This document shows positions 34,103 through 48,364 of a stretch of 64,000 nucleotides of DNA, piece by piece. A program made the position numbers and the translations under genes. Location: NCBI GenBank assembly GCA_964016885.1, contig OZ024752.1, forward strand, positions 23,994,001 through 24,058,000, in the 5' to 3' direction. Under the pieces are notes generated by a model, which was not told the DNA's origin, ran no database searches, and saw only the letters and a program-made list of their open reading frames with translations. The stretch's first letter is position 1. The number at the start of each line of letters is the position of its first letter. The DNA is from Eledone cirrhosa (taxonomy: Eukaryota).

Positions 34103-34737
34103 CCGTATTTTCCGCTCTATAAGGCTCACCGGGATATAAGGCGTATCATTTAAAATGAGGTCCGCGCAACGGCGTGTAAGGCCAACCAGGAAAATGCTAT
34201 CGTCTTTACTTTTAGTCTAGATCAAAGGTTCTCAACTCATTTTGGCCAAACGCCTCTCGAAATCACGAAACGCCCCCCTACCCTATTTTTCCACTTTTCA
34301 ATATACTACTGATTTTGATATCAGTAGATTACTGGGCCAAATCAAGTTATCTTAGATTCTTTAAAAAATACTCGTACGAATTAAATACAAAAAAGTTTCA
34401 GTCCAAAACAAAAGCAAGCTATTTCAAATTATATATTTTTGAAATAAAAAAAAACATTTGATCTCAGTCGAAAAAGCTTTTTTCTTTTTAAATTCTATAT
34501 TTCACTGTTAGCTGTTGTAATATTTTGAGTGGATAGACAATTGAAACTGCAAAGTCAAAATACAAAAGATACAAAATATGAAGAATTTCTTACCTTTCTC
34601 TGAAATCACAAACTCAGGGGAAAAATAGTACCTTGCAAAATAATATACCTCGTAGCAAAATAAGTAGTAAGGAATTAATTGAGAAGCTTGGTGACTGAGA
34701 AAGCAATATTTTTATCCCTTATATATAAACATAGATA

Positions 34738-34791
<54 letters not shown>

Positions 34792-35987
34792 TATATATAT
34801 ATATATAACCTTACACACTTAAATATAAATGCATGTATATATATACAAATGTATAAATGCATAGCTATATACATACGTAATTGTATGTATGTATATATGT
34901 ATGTATGTAGATTTATATATATATATATATGTATGTATGTATGTAGATTTATATGTATATATATACATATAAATATATATGAAAGACGTAAAATAAGAAA
35001 ATTATAACATGGAGAATACCTTTCGTCATCAGGGAGTCAATTCTCAGCTAAGTTCCAAGGCGATGCGTGGACACAGGGAACTTATATAAAAATAATTCAG
35101 TGGATGGAAAAAAGCAAGCGAGGACTAAATTCCAAGACATTGAAAAAATCACTGTATTCTCCCTGTTGTTCCATTCGGAAACCATGTTTATTCCCTTTCA
35201 GAAACTAATTAGTTGGAGTGAAATTTTAGTAAGTTAATTTTTATAATTTTCTTATTTTACGTCTTTCATATAATTGTTCTGCATCCCCTTGCATTGAACC
35301 ACAAAGTTACTAAGACAAAACCTATATATTTGCTAGCATAGGTATGCATCTGTATATATATGTTGGTAGATATACTAATTCTTTATAATTACCTCCAAAT
35401 TATTTTGTTGAGCAAAAATTTGCCAAAACTGCTACTATAGTTCATAGTAATAGTTCGGCTACTGTCTTCTTAACACCCCACTCCTCACTGATTAACCTTG
35501 ATGTCACGTGATTGATTCTTTTGAATTTGCCACTGACCAAGTAGGCAGTGATTTTTTCAATGTCTTGGAACTTAGTCCTCGCTTGCTTTTTTCCATCCAC
35601 TGAATTATTTTTATATAAGTTCCCTGTGTCCACGCATCGCCTGGTAACTTAGCTGAGAATTGACTTCCTGATGACGAAAGGTATTCTCCATGTTGTTCCA
35701 TTCGGAAACCATGTTTATTCCCTTTCAGAAACTAATTAGTTGGAGTGAAATTTTAGTAAGTAAGTTAATTTTTATAATTTTCTTATTTTACGTCTTTCAT
35801 ATAATTGTTCTGCATCCCCTTACATTGAACCACAAAGTTACTAAGACAAAACCTATATATTTGCTAGCATAGGTATGCATCTGTATTTATATGTTGGTAG
35901 ATATACTAATTCTTCATATATATATATATGTGTAGATTTATATGTATATATATATACATATATATATAAATATATGTATGTATGTAG

Positions 35988-36045
<58 letters not shown>

Positions 36046-36129
36046 TTATATATATATATATGTATGTATATTTATATATATGTATGTATATTTATATATA
36101 TATATATGTATATTTATTATATATATGTA

Positions 36130-36208
<79 letters not shown>

Positions 36209-36816
36209 CTACATACATACATATATACATACATTTACGTATGTATATAGCTATGCATTTATACATTTGTATATATACATGCATTTATATTTAAGTGTGT
36301 AAGGATGTTGATATGATCTATGTCTTCTTTTTTTGGTAAGGAGAACATTTTTGTCGCAGGATTTTATTACCTAGGAAGTTTAAATACCACACTTCTGACT
36401 GAAAGCTGACCAGGTTCTTAACTTCATGAAACACTAACGCCGGCCTGCGTGTGTATATATATGTGTGTGTATGTATGTGTATATATGTGTGTATGTATGT
36501 ATGTATGTATGTATGTATGTATGTATGTATGTATGTATGTATGTATGTATGTGTGTGTGTGTATGTTCACCCTATTGCTTCTTCTTGTCATTTCTGTTGA
36601 AGGAGTCCTTACTTTCATTCTCTTTGATTTCTTTTGATTTTCTTTTATCTCCCTACAGAATTCATTGACAAGCTTTTTTAATTTATTTTCTGTTAGAGCC
36701 GTGATTGATTACCATTGTATTATTTATATATAAAGCTCACCGGAGTATAAAGTGCAGAGCTGTTTTTTAATGAAATTTAGGTATTTTAAGTGCACTTTAT
36801 AGGCCGGAAAATTCGG
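34103..36816. mobile_element. Tc1/pogo-like non-autonomous DNA transposon nested in the Helitron
   Basis: Imperfect TIRs CCGTATTTTCCGCTCTATAA / TTATAGGCCGGAAAATTCGG; TA on both sides; subterminal GCTCACCGG repeats. Confidence 0.7.
34980..35915 (+). mobile_element. Element E copy 2: inverted head plus about 1.4 tandem units of about 528 bp
   Basis: 35164-35385 repeats at 35691-35914; 35007-35153 inverts 35546-35692; CTGATGA at 35668 and GAAA at 35705. Confidence 0.8.
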
Positions 36817-36940
36817 TAAGTTATTATAATCATATTTCCAAACCTTCCCATTCACCAGTAACCATGCTAGCGAATCTGGTGTCACCTCTCTCTGAACTTA
36901 ATCACCCCTCTCTAACCTAACAGCTTCGTTACACGTGGTT

Positions 36941-37950
36941 ATGCCCACACGGAAACGTTCAAGACTTACCTCCCAAAAAGATACAGCTACTGATTTGAGA
37001 CGACGAATTAGGCGTTCTCAGGTATGCGTTCATTCACAATTGGTTATCCTTTATGCAATATTCTCCCTTAATGTTAGCAAGCACTGCGTTTATTCTAACT
37101 GTCACCACTTTTAAGCAACTACAACATTCTAATCGTAGTTATATTAAATTTATTGTCTTACCTTGATTCCCTTTCGTTCATATTACACTTTTCTCATTTA
37201 CTATTGGCACAGTGCCTTTGGCTTAGCTAACCAGTAGTATTAATTAACTTTCTCTAGGAAACACCTGCTGAGTGCGAATCTCGACTCGCTGATAGACGTC
37301 TTTCCCGGCCGGTTGAGTCACCAACATTCCGTACGACAAGGCTTGCTGATGTTCGCCTTCGTCGCCAACAAGCGCTTGCGGAGTCACCAACATCCCGTAC
37401 GACGAGGCTTACTGATGTTCGCCTGCGTCGCCAACAAGCGCTGACGGAGGAGTCACCAACATCCCGTACGCCGCGGCTTGCTAGTGTTCGCCTTCGTCGC
37501 CAACAAGTGCTGGCGGAGGAGTCACCAACATCACGTACGACGTGTCTTGCTGGCGTTCGCCTTCGTCACCAACAAGCCCTTGCAGAGGAGTCCACGGCAG
37601 ACAGAGACAACAGGCTTGCTGCTAAGCGTTCCCGGCATACATTAGCTACTGCTGCCAATAGCTCAGGCTGGGTAAAAGCCTTCAGATATAACCGCTCCGA
37701 GGATTACGGACTTCTGCCTACAGTTTCCATTTGCAAAATGGATAATGTCTGTACATCCTGCAAGGCAATGAAGTGGCCAGGCGACGCGCCTTCTATGTGC
37801 TGTGCAGGAGGTTAGGTGCAACTAGAGGCATTGGCTTACCCGCCAGACGTTCTTCTGAATCTACTTACAGGTGACGACACTACGGCTACAACGTTCCGCC
37901 GTAACGTGTGGAAATACAACTCCTGTTTCATGATGACCTCCTTCGGTGTA
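36941..37950 (+). pseudogene. Helitron RepHel N-terminus (STPR-like repeats and Zn-finger), two exons
   Basis: Exon 1 (36941-37021) MPTRKRSRL..RRSQ; GT-AG intron 37022-37257; exon 2 ETPAECESRL, (ESPT.RT.RL.DVRLRRQQAL)n, KMDNVCTSCKAMKWPG..MCC, KYNSCFMMTSFG. TAG at 37813. Confidence 0.85.
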
Positions 37951-38094
37951 GACAATAACAACACCAACAAGAGCATGAACCCCAACAACAACGTTGCACC
38001 TGTGAGGCGCGGGAAGTAACTTTCACACATTTTAACAACAGAACAAAGGTCGACTTACACCCGGGCAATGCCGGGTACTTCTGCTAGTATATAT

Positions 38095-39112
38095 AAAAAA
38101 TTGAGATAAGCAGAGCAAGTAAGATTCAAACAATTTTTTAAAACAAATTAAAAAATATAATTTAAATATTCACCTATTCCATTCGCTTTTACCGACGGTT
38201 TCACCTTACAAAAGATTGGAGATCCTAGGGACTTCCAATGGAAATGTTCGGATCATCAGAAAGCAATTTCCTTACCTAGGACAAAAGTCACAGGAACGGC
38301 AAAATATATTGCCACCTGCCAGCTAGCACAGGATCGAATGAGGCCGTAAACTTGACCTGTGCATGAACCAGCCCTTAGTAGAAGCAGAAGTAAACATAGA
38401 CGTGTTGTCAACCTCGCCACTAAAAATAGCAGCTAAATAAAACAACGGATTTGTTCTCTACATAACGGAGAATATATAAAAAAGAGATCAATATCCCCAC
38501 AGGTACTAAGTACCTCTGGAAATATATAGGGTGTCTATGATACAGTGGTTGTTCTATGGTATTAATTTGACATACCAGAACTATAAAATTGAGATTAAAA
38601 AATATAATTTAAATATTTACCTCTTCCATTTGCTTTTACCGGCGGTTTCACCTTACAAAAGATTATTTAGCTGTTATTTTTAGTGGCGTGATAGACAACA
38701 CGTCTATGTTTACTTCCGCTTCTACTAAGGGCTGGTTCGTGCACAGGTCAAGTTTACGGCCTTATTCGATCCTGTGCTAGCTGGCAGATGGCAATATATT
38801 TTGCCGTTCCTGTGACTTTTGTCCTAGGTAAGGAAAATGCTCCCTGATGATCCGAACATTTCCATCGGAAGTCCCTAGGATCTCCAATCTTTTGTAAGGT
38901 GAAACCGTCGGTAAAAGCAAATGGAATAGGTGAATATTTAAATTAAATTTTTTAATTTATTAAAAAAAAATTTGAATCTTACTTGCTCCGCTTATCTCAA
39001 TTTTATAGTTCTGGTATGTCAAATTAATACCATAGAACAACCACTGTATCATAGAGACCCTATATATTTCCAGAGGTACTTAGTACCTGTGGGGATATTA
39101 ATCTCCTTTTGC
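38095..39112. mobile_element. Fold-back / partial tandem element J with a hammerhead-like core (38844-38882)
   Basis: 38098-38440 inverts 38664-39003; 38483-38595 inverts 38995-39106; CTGATGA-TCCGA..TCG-GAAG-TCCCTAGG-ATC. Confidence 0.75.
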
Positions 39113-39121
39113 GTATACATT

Positions 39122-39212
<91 letters not shown>

Positions 39213-39215
39213 ATA

Positions 39216-39887
39216 ATAATAAATTTGAAGACTAAAATCCAAAGAGGGCTCGATAAGGATAAATATATATCAAATATATAAGAACCGTACAGCAAATATT
39301 TAATAAAATAACAGATTAAAGTTTAAGCAAAGAATCGCTGCTTTCAGCCTTAACGGAATCTTCTGAAACTAACAAAGTCAATCTGTGAACGCAGAAATGA
39401 ATATTTCAAAAAACGTTGCAACCGGAGGAAGACAGGAAGACGATACTTTGGTTCGTGGAAACGTTCCCTGGCAAAGAACGGGAAAAAACGAATATAATAC
39501 GTCATTATTTGGAGCGGTGAAAAACAGTTACACGCAAAGACAGAACCACGTTTATGGTATAAAAGAAGTCATAGACTAATATTCTCTTAGGTGGTTCATA
39601 GAGACGTTCTCTGGCAATGAACGAAAAAAACGAAGATAATACATCATATGTTGAGCGTAGAGAACAATTGCACGCAAAGACAAAACCACCTAAATGGTAT
39701 AACTGAAGTGGTAGACTAAAATTCTAACTAGGAAACCGAATGATTCTCCGTTTCAGAGTTAAGAATAAAGTAAATAAAATACGGAGGTAATTGAAATTAA
39801 ATAAATACATACACGCATCCAAATACGTACATACACAAGCATACGCGAAAACACTCGCCATAGGTATACAAATACACGCACATATAA

Positions 39888-39948
<61 letters not shown>

Positions 39949-41965
39949 CGTGTATACAAATAATTAAATAAACGTATATAAATAAATAAATACGTAAATA
40001 ACAAGCGCACACACATACCTACATGTAAATACACAAATGTTCGGAGACGAGCGTCAACCAAAACACGAAGTACACATATACACACACCCTACATACGTAT
40101 GAACCCGCATACTCACACAGACGCAAAACTCACGTATACATATAACCAAAAGCATATGTACCATAACATATACAATCAAATATACGTACAAGAAAGTATA
40201 CGTACCTTCACAAAACATGCAGGTAATATATACTTACCTATGCAAATAAGTAAGGGTATAAACATAACATATACTTAGCTACCACATCAAGACATAAAAT
40301 ATCCGCGTATAGATCGTACTATCCGTTAGGGTATAATGTGGGGCTGTAATACAGGAAAGTTTTGTGCAATTTATGTTTACAAGCCGAAATTGCCTCAGAT
40401 CTTTTGTTTAAGATGTGGTCTGTGGCGTAGAGTATTTCCAGGGCCTCAGCGGCGCAGAGGTCATATGGTCTTTTATTTCCGTTATACGATCTAGCCCTAG
40501 CTAGGATCTCCCAGTGTAACTTATATTGGGTGTGGTTGTCTTTTAGACTCCAGATATAAGCTGAAAGTGACGTCATATTCCTTCTTAGAGGGTAACGAAA
40601 AGAATGGGTATGCATGTAAAGACGCTGCTTGAATCTATTGGCGGTTAACCCTATGTAGGCCCTACGGGACGTGGGTGTTTCAACCTTACATTTGTAGACG
40701 ATGTTACTAGAGAGGCATTTCCCGGATAGGGAATAATCAACCCGATTCCTACAATTACAGTTAGTACTAACTACAGAGTTGCACGTGTTCCTACGGCTAG
40801 GTAGTTTAGCTAAATTTGAAGCTGTGATGTTATGTGCAAGGTTAGGAGTCGTAGAGTAAGAAATTTTAATAGTATTTCTATTAAAAATTTTACTATATTT
40901 ATGTGTAGGGGGAAAATGTTTCGTAATAAGGGATAGAAAGATCTTAGCTACTAGTGTGGTCACCTCCATATTATATGGTGGGTTATACCATATAATGCGT
41001 CGGGATCTATTTCTTCTAGGTCTATTCTCGTACTCTGTATATGCTACCTTATCGACAAATCCACTCGGAGCAAGAGCTTCATTGTAATATGTGGAATGGT
41101 CGTTGAAAATATGCTCGTTAGTAGATAGACGGGAAAGCCTCAAAGAAACGTTTCTTACCAGGTTCTTGGTTATGCTGGCAGGATGGTTGGAATGCTTACT
41201 TATGTAATTAAGCGTATCATTCGGCTTTCTATAAGAGTAATACAAGACATTCGATAAATTGAGGGTAACGTCGAGGTAATTAACGACCGAGAGGTTAGCC
41301 TCAACCTGTACAGAGAGGTTGAAGCCTTTAAAGAAGGCTGTGAGCTCTTTTCTGAACCTGTCGCAAGCACGTGGGCCGCACTTAGTCATAGTCAAAAGAC
41401 CATCATCACAGTACAAAGCACCGCCCACGTTGGGGAATTTGTCCTTGATAGAGAAAAGAAGGAAAAGGCCGATGAGATCAGTAACCTCCGCAGAATCGCT
41501 GGCGCCAATACTCACGTCGAATGGGGTACTATTAGGTTTTTTAATCCAAATAGAGTCGTCGAAATTAATCACCGACTTACGGGCATTGAGGATGACATCA
41601 ACTTAGAAATCCTTAACCACTGTGAGTGTTTTAGAGAAATTGATAGCTCTAAGGAGAAGTGGTAAAATGATGGAGGAGTAGTAATTATTGATGTCGAATT
41701 GGATAAAACGGCAATGTTCCTTGTTGCATATGCCGTTGAACCAATCAATCACCGCGAAAGAATTGTTCCACAGTGCAAGAGGGGCCAAACTTCTAATTTC
41801 AGGTATAATTCTACCTAAATCGGACTTCATAGGGTTAATAAGCCGAATAGAGGGGTTGTTCGGAAAATTGGATTTGTGATCCTTCAGGGTAAAGTGGGGA
41901 GAAATAGGGTCCAGAGGTTCGGTCCAGGATGTTGAGATCAGAGGTGATTTTAAACCCAGCATCGT
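39216..41965 (-). mobile_element. Nematis-like PLE, 5'-truncated: RT, GIY-YIG and 1.1-kb 3' UTR
   Basis: TLKDHKSNF, IQFDINNYYSSI, FDVSIGASDSAEVTDLIG, LYCDDGL, CNCR, IVYKC..AYIGLTANRFKQR; 417-aa ORF 40319-41572; tandem duplication of about 143 bp in the UTR (39450-39725). Confidence 0.92.
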
Positions 41966-44492
41966 TGATTTAGCGGAGATGCTGGAGAGAAGGCATGTGG
42001 ATGTGTGCTGCGTGCAAGAGGTGAGATGGAGAGGTGCCTCTGCGAGACTAGTCGTAAGCAAACATCTTAGCTATAAGCTTTTCTGGGTAGGTAAGGATGA
42101 TGGGTTAGGGGGAGTAGGCATTTTCCTGGCTGGGAGATGGATCAATAAGACAATAGAGGTAGTTCGAGTTAGTAATCGAATAATTAAGCTTAGATTAGTT
42201 GTAGGCAGGAGACTACTGACAATCATCTCTGCCTATATTCCCCAAGCAGGCCTAGGTAAAGATGAGAAAGACTACTTTTACGAGCAACTTTTACAAACAA
42301 CCGCACTGACAGAGGACGGAGACATCGTTATGCTAGCAGCTCCAGGATGGTTACACTGGAGTACATGTTGGGCACGGTTACGGCTCAAGAAATGAAGGAG
42401 TGAGACTTCTTGAATTTTGTGATGCAAGTACACTGACTATTTGCAACACAAACTTCCAGAAACCTGCCAACCACCTAATAACCTACAAATCAGGCGAGCA
42501 CATAAGCCAGATTGACTTCTTACTAGTTAGGCAGCGGGACAGGCAGATAGTGTCTAATACCAAGGCATACCCTGGGGAAGGATGTACCCCACAACATAGG
42601 TTAGTCGTTAGTGATATCTCAGTAAGCAAGAGTTGGAATGAGACATACAGGAAGGTGTGGAGAAGAAAGGTCTGGAAGCTAAAAGTCCTTTCACTAAAAT
42701 ACAAATTTAGGAAAGCCCTTCAAGATGTGTATGACGAAAAAGAAGACGATTTAGAGACGTATGACATAGATAATAACTGGAATTTCTTACGTGACAGCTT
42801 ACTGCAGGCTACTGATGAAACTGAGCTCCAACCGGACAGGGAGTGACCTGGTGGTGGAACAGCACAGTAGATAAGGCCATTACAGACAAAAGACTAGCAT
42901 GGAAGGCTTGGAAAAAGGGTGGGAGTAGGGAAAAATATACAGCCGCTAAGAGAGAAGCTAGACGTCGGGTGTAGTTAGCAAGCAGGGAGGCTGAGAGTAG
43001 GAGGTGTGCCAATGTTCTGCGACGGGAAGATCAGAGGCGTGCGGTGTTCCACATTGCAAGGCACTCTGTCAATGCAAATCAGGATGTTGTTGGAGATAAA
43101 TGTGTCTGGAACGATGCCAGTGTACTTAGTGTCACGAATGATCAGAAAAAGGAGGCCTGGAAATGTCATTATGAGAGACTGGTGAATGTGGAGAATGAAT
43201 GGGAGAGAGAGAAATTACCCTCAGTAGATCAGACAGAGGGACCAGCTATTGAGATTGACGAATATAGGGTCCAAAAGGCGATTAAGGAAATGAAAAATGG
43301 TAAGCCTGCTGGACCATCGGGAATAGTTGCTGAGATGCTGAAGGCATCAGGGGACGTAGGCACTAAACTGGTTGCACGCATTATCAATCAGGCTATATAT
43401 GGTGATGTCATACCCAAAGACTGGTGCAGCAGTATTCTCATAAATTGCTACAAAGGTAAAGAGGATGCTCTGGAGCGGAGCAATTATAGGGGTATAAAAC
43501 TGATGGATCAGGTTATGAAAGTAGCAGAAAGGATATTAGCACAACTAATTAGAGAAAGGGTCAAACTAGATGAGATGCAGTTTGCTTTTGTGCCTGGGAA
43601 GAGTACAACACATGCCCTCTTCTTGGTGAGACAATTGCAAGAGAGGTTCTTAGAGAAAAATAAGCCACTATACTTAGCCTTTGTTGACCTAGAGAAGGCC
43701 TTTGATCGGGTACCCCGATCTGTCATCTGGTGGTCCCTAAGGAAACTAGGTGTTGAGGAATGGCTTGTGAGGACAGTGCAAACTTTGTACAGAGGTACTG
43801 TCAGTAAAGTCAGGGTAGGAATGGAGTTTAGTGAGGAATTCCAGATACAAGTAGGAGTACATCAAGGTTCGGTCCTCAGCCTGCTCTAGTTCTTTATAGT
43901 CCTCCAAGCCACAATTGAGGAGTTTAAGACTGGCTGTCCATGGGAACTTCTCTATGCTGACGATCTGGTTCTTATAGCAGAATCAGTAGAGGAGCTAGAG
44001 AATAAATTCTGCGTATGGAAACAGCAGTTGGAAGCAAGAGGACTGAGAGTGAACCTAGTTAAGACACAAGTGTTGATGAGTAGAAAAGAGGACAAAACCC
44101 TGATTCCGTCAGGGAAATGGCCATGTTCGATATACAGAAAATGAACTGGCATAAATTCTATAAAATGCACACAATGCAGATCCTGGGTACACAAGAGATG
44201 TAGCGGAATAGCAAGCAAATTAATAGGTAGGGATAAATATGTATGCAGTAGATGTACATGGAAATTAGACAGTAGAAGTCGCAGTGATAGACACATTTTT
44301 CAAATGCAGGTGGGTGTTATAGAAGTGGTGGATAGCTTCCGGTACCTAGGAGATCAGATTAGCATGGGTGGGGGTGTTCCGAGGTTATAGTATCTAGAAT
44401 AAGGACGGGTTGGAAAAAGTTTAGGGACCTGCTTCCTTTGCTGACGAAGAAGGTTTTCTCCCTGCGTACGAAAGGCCGGTTATATGATACCT
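41965..44492 (+). mobile_element. RTE LINE fragment, same subfamily as 10779-13500, truncated at both ends
   Basis: DVCCVQEVRW, SQIDFLL, AFVDLEKAFDRVPR; long near-identical stretches with the 10779-13500 copy. Confidence 0.95.
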
Positions 44493-45424
44493 GTGTGTTT
44501 TTATATCTATGTTTTTTTTATATCTGTTTTTTATATACTTATTTATACGTGTGTGTGTATGCGGGTGAATGTATGTGTATGTGTATGTATATGTGTGTAT
44601 ATGTATATGTATGTATGGGTGTGTATGTATATATGTATATATGTATATAGTCGCTTAGGTACGTGTGATTAGATATACATGTGGCGATATATATATATAG
44701 AAACGTGCCTCGTGTGTATATATGTACGCATGCATGCGCTTTTGTATGTACGTATTTGTGTGTATAAATATATTTTTTATATATATATGTATATACGTAC
44801 GTACCTATGTTTGTTTTCTTTTCTCTAGTGTTAATTGATTACTTTCTCTTTGATTTAAAAAATATTTTTTTCATTTTCATAGATTATTTTTATACATATA
44901 TCGAGAATGACACTTCTTTTTACTATTACACTCCCTTCCCTCTTTATCTCCCGCATATAAGTGACCGCGCGTGTGTGTGTGTTTATACGCGTGCTTTCAT
45001 ACTCGTATGTGTATTTAATACCTGTATCTGGATGCGTGTCAACTATATTATCATACAATTTCTTTTTCAACTCATATTATATACGTATTTGTGGTCACAT
45101 ATACACAAATATACTTGCCCTCATATATGTACTTACGCACACATTTTCACCATACACATGCATTTGTACATACACACATATGTACATTTGTGAGTGTATA
45201 TACATACATATACACATACCCTAACTATATTTCCTTTTTTTTTTTTATATATCTCTTGCATTACTTTTATTGATATATTTTTTGCATTTCTTGAGGAGAC
45301 TTTTCAAATATTTCACTATGTTTTAAATTACCTTATCCGACAAACGAATGAGGACGTTTTTCGTATTCGTCTTATTCGGGAAACCTCTGGTAATGAGGTA
45401 ATTATATTGTTTTGTTTATTATAC

Positions 45425-45430
<6 letters not shown>
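44493..45430 (+). mobile_element. PLE-like 3' UTR with a degenerate hammerhead (45328-45400)
   Basis: TTACCTTAT-CCGACAA-long stem II-GAAA-CCTCTG-GTA-ATGAGGTAA; the core has two mismatches to CTGACGA. Confidence 0.5.
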
Positions 45431-45521
<91 letters not shown>

Positions 45522-45572
45522 GTATATATATGTATATATATATATGTATATATATATATCTATATATATATG

Positions 45573-45603
<31 letters not shown>

Positions 45604-45721
45604 GTATATATATATGTATATATATATATGTATATATATATGTATATATATATATATATGTATATACATATATATGTATATATATATGTATATATATGTA
45701 TATATATATATGTATATATAT

Positions 45722-47002
<1,281 letters not shown>

Positions 47003-47009
<7 letters not shown>

Positions 47010-47571
47010 AGAAATGTAAGCTATCGCCGTATTTTGACTAAAGAAATTAAAGAAATTATTTAGCCTGATAGTGGGTTTAAGAACCCTCGGAGAAATGGAA
47101 AAAGATGAGTATTGACGTACATGGGAATCAAACCCACATCTTTGGTTATCCGGACCACTGTGCTAGCATTTACACCAACACATCACCCGTCTTTTTCCAT
47201 TCAAATTAGAAGCTATAAACTTAGCGATTGTAATGTCAAGTAAGAATATTTTCGAAACAGCGAGTGGGTTTGAAATTATTAGAAATGTAAGCTATCGCCG
47301 TATTTTGAGTAAAGAAATTAAAGAAATTATTTAGCCTGATAGTGGGGTTAAGAACCCTCGGAAAAATGGAAAAAGATGAGTATTGACGTACATGGGAGTC
47401 GAACCCACATCTTTGGTTATTCTTACTTGACATTACAGTCGGTAAGTTTATAGCTTCTAATTTGAATGGAAAAAGACAGGTGATGTGTTGGTGTAAATGG
47501 TAGCACAGTGGTCCGGATAACCAAAAATGTGGGTTCGACTCCCATGTACGCCAATACTCATCTTTTTCCAT
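47003..47571. mobile_element. Element K: about 272-bp partial tandem plus inverted end, containing a tRNA-like module
   Basis: 47003-47149 repeats at 47276-47420; 47442-47571 inverts 47095-47225. Confidence 0.8.
47482..47553 (+). pseudogene. tRNA-like sequence (A and B boxes, cloverleaf); minus-strand copies at 47113-47186 and partial 47385-47420
   Basis: TGGTGTAAATGG A box; D arm GTGT/GCAC; anticodon arm TGGT/ACCA; T arm GTGGG-TTCGACT-CCCAT; T5 run downstream. The anticodon loop is non-canonical. Confidence 0.7.
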
Positions 47572-47870
47572 TAACATATACAAGTGAGGAACCATATCAC
47601 TATGATGTCTCTGGTACCTCACTCTCTAAATGTTGTGGCTTCACTACACACTAACATATACAGGAGAGGAACCATATCACTGTGATGTCTGTGGTACCTC
47701 ACTCTCTAAATGTTGTGGCTTCACTACAAACTAACATATACAGGAGAGGAACCTTATCACTGTGATGTCTGTGGTATCTCACTCTCTAAATGTTGTGGCT
47801 TCACTACACACTAACATATACAGGAGAGGAACCATATCACCATGATGTCTGTGGTAAATCATTCTCTTGT
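47572..47870 (+). pseudogene. C2H2 zinc-finger-derived 80-bp tandem repeat (about 3.7 units)
   Basis: Units at 47572, 47652, 47732 and 47812 read TGEEPYHCDVCG(K)SFS. The 80-bp period (not 84) breaks the frame. Confidence 0.8.
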
Positions 47871-47879
47871 AAAGGTTAA

Positions 47880-48100
47880 CCCTTTAGCATTCACATTACT
47901 CTATATATATTCTTGTATTTTTGTAGTAAACACTTTATCTTATATAATCATCTCACATAATATCGAATCTAAGAGATTTTAATGTTATTTATTTTGAGAA
48001 CAATACCTCAACATCAGTATTAATGGCCAGTTACAGCCAGTTTGAACAGAAAGAGGTGAGACATTTCTGGCCGGATGCGGCCGGTTTGAATGCTAAAGGG
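47880..48100. mobile_element. piggyBac-like MITE
   Basis: 14-bp TIR CCCTTTAGCATTCA with TTAA on both sides. Confidence 0.85.
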
Positions 48101-48282
48101 TTAATGAAACAGAAACACATTCAGACAAGATAAAACCATATCACTCACTCAAAATAGTGCCACCAATGTTGTTAATATTTTGAATAAAACATGTTTATTC
48201 TGAAATTATTCTCCTTTAATTTTATTTGTAGAAGTTGTAGCCAAGACTTGTGCTAACAAAACTGTATGGTACAGAATTTACA

Positions 48283-48360
<78 letters not shown>

Positions 48361-48364
<4 letters not shown>

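Larger units (their letters stand above)
32345..38087 (+). mobile_element. Internally deleted Helitron with nested insertions
   Basis: Helitron-like 5' (GTTT)n..CCGATTTT; RepHel N-terminal coding remnant; 3' hairpin CCCGG-GCAATG-CCGGG followed by CTAG (38084-38087) and T. The 5' boundary is inferred. Confidence 0.75.

Noticed and set aside
34223-34692. hAT-like MITE (CAAAGGTTCTCAA..TTGAGAAGCTTG)
   Set aside because: The TIR match is poor and there is no 8-bp TSD.
47482-47553. Functional tRNA gene
   Set aside because: Anticodon loop lacks U33 and purine 37, stems have mismatches, and it is embedded in a repeat.
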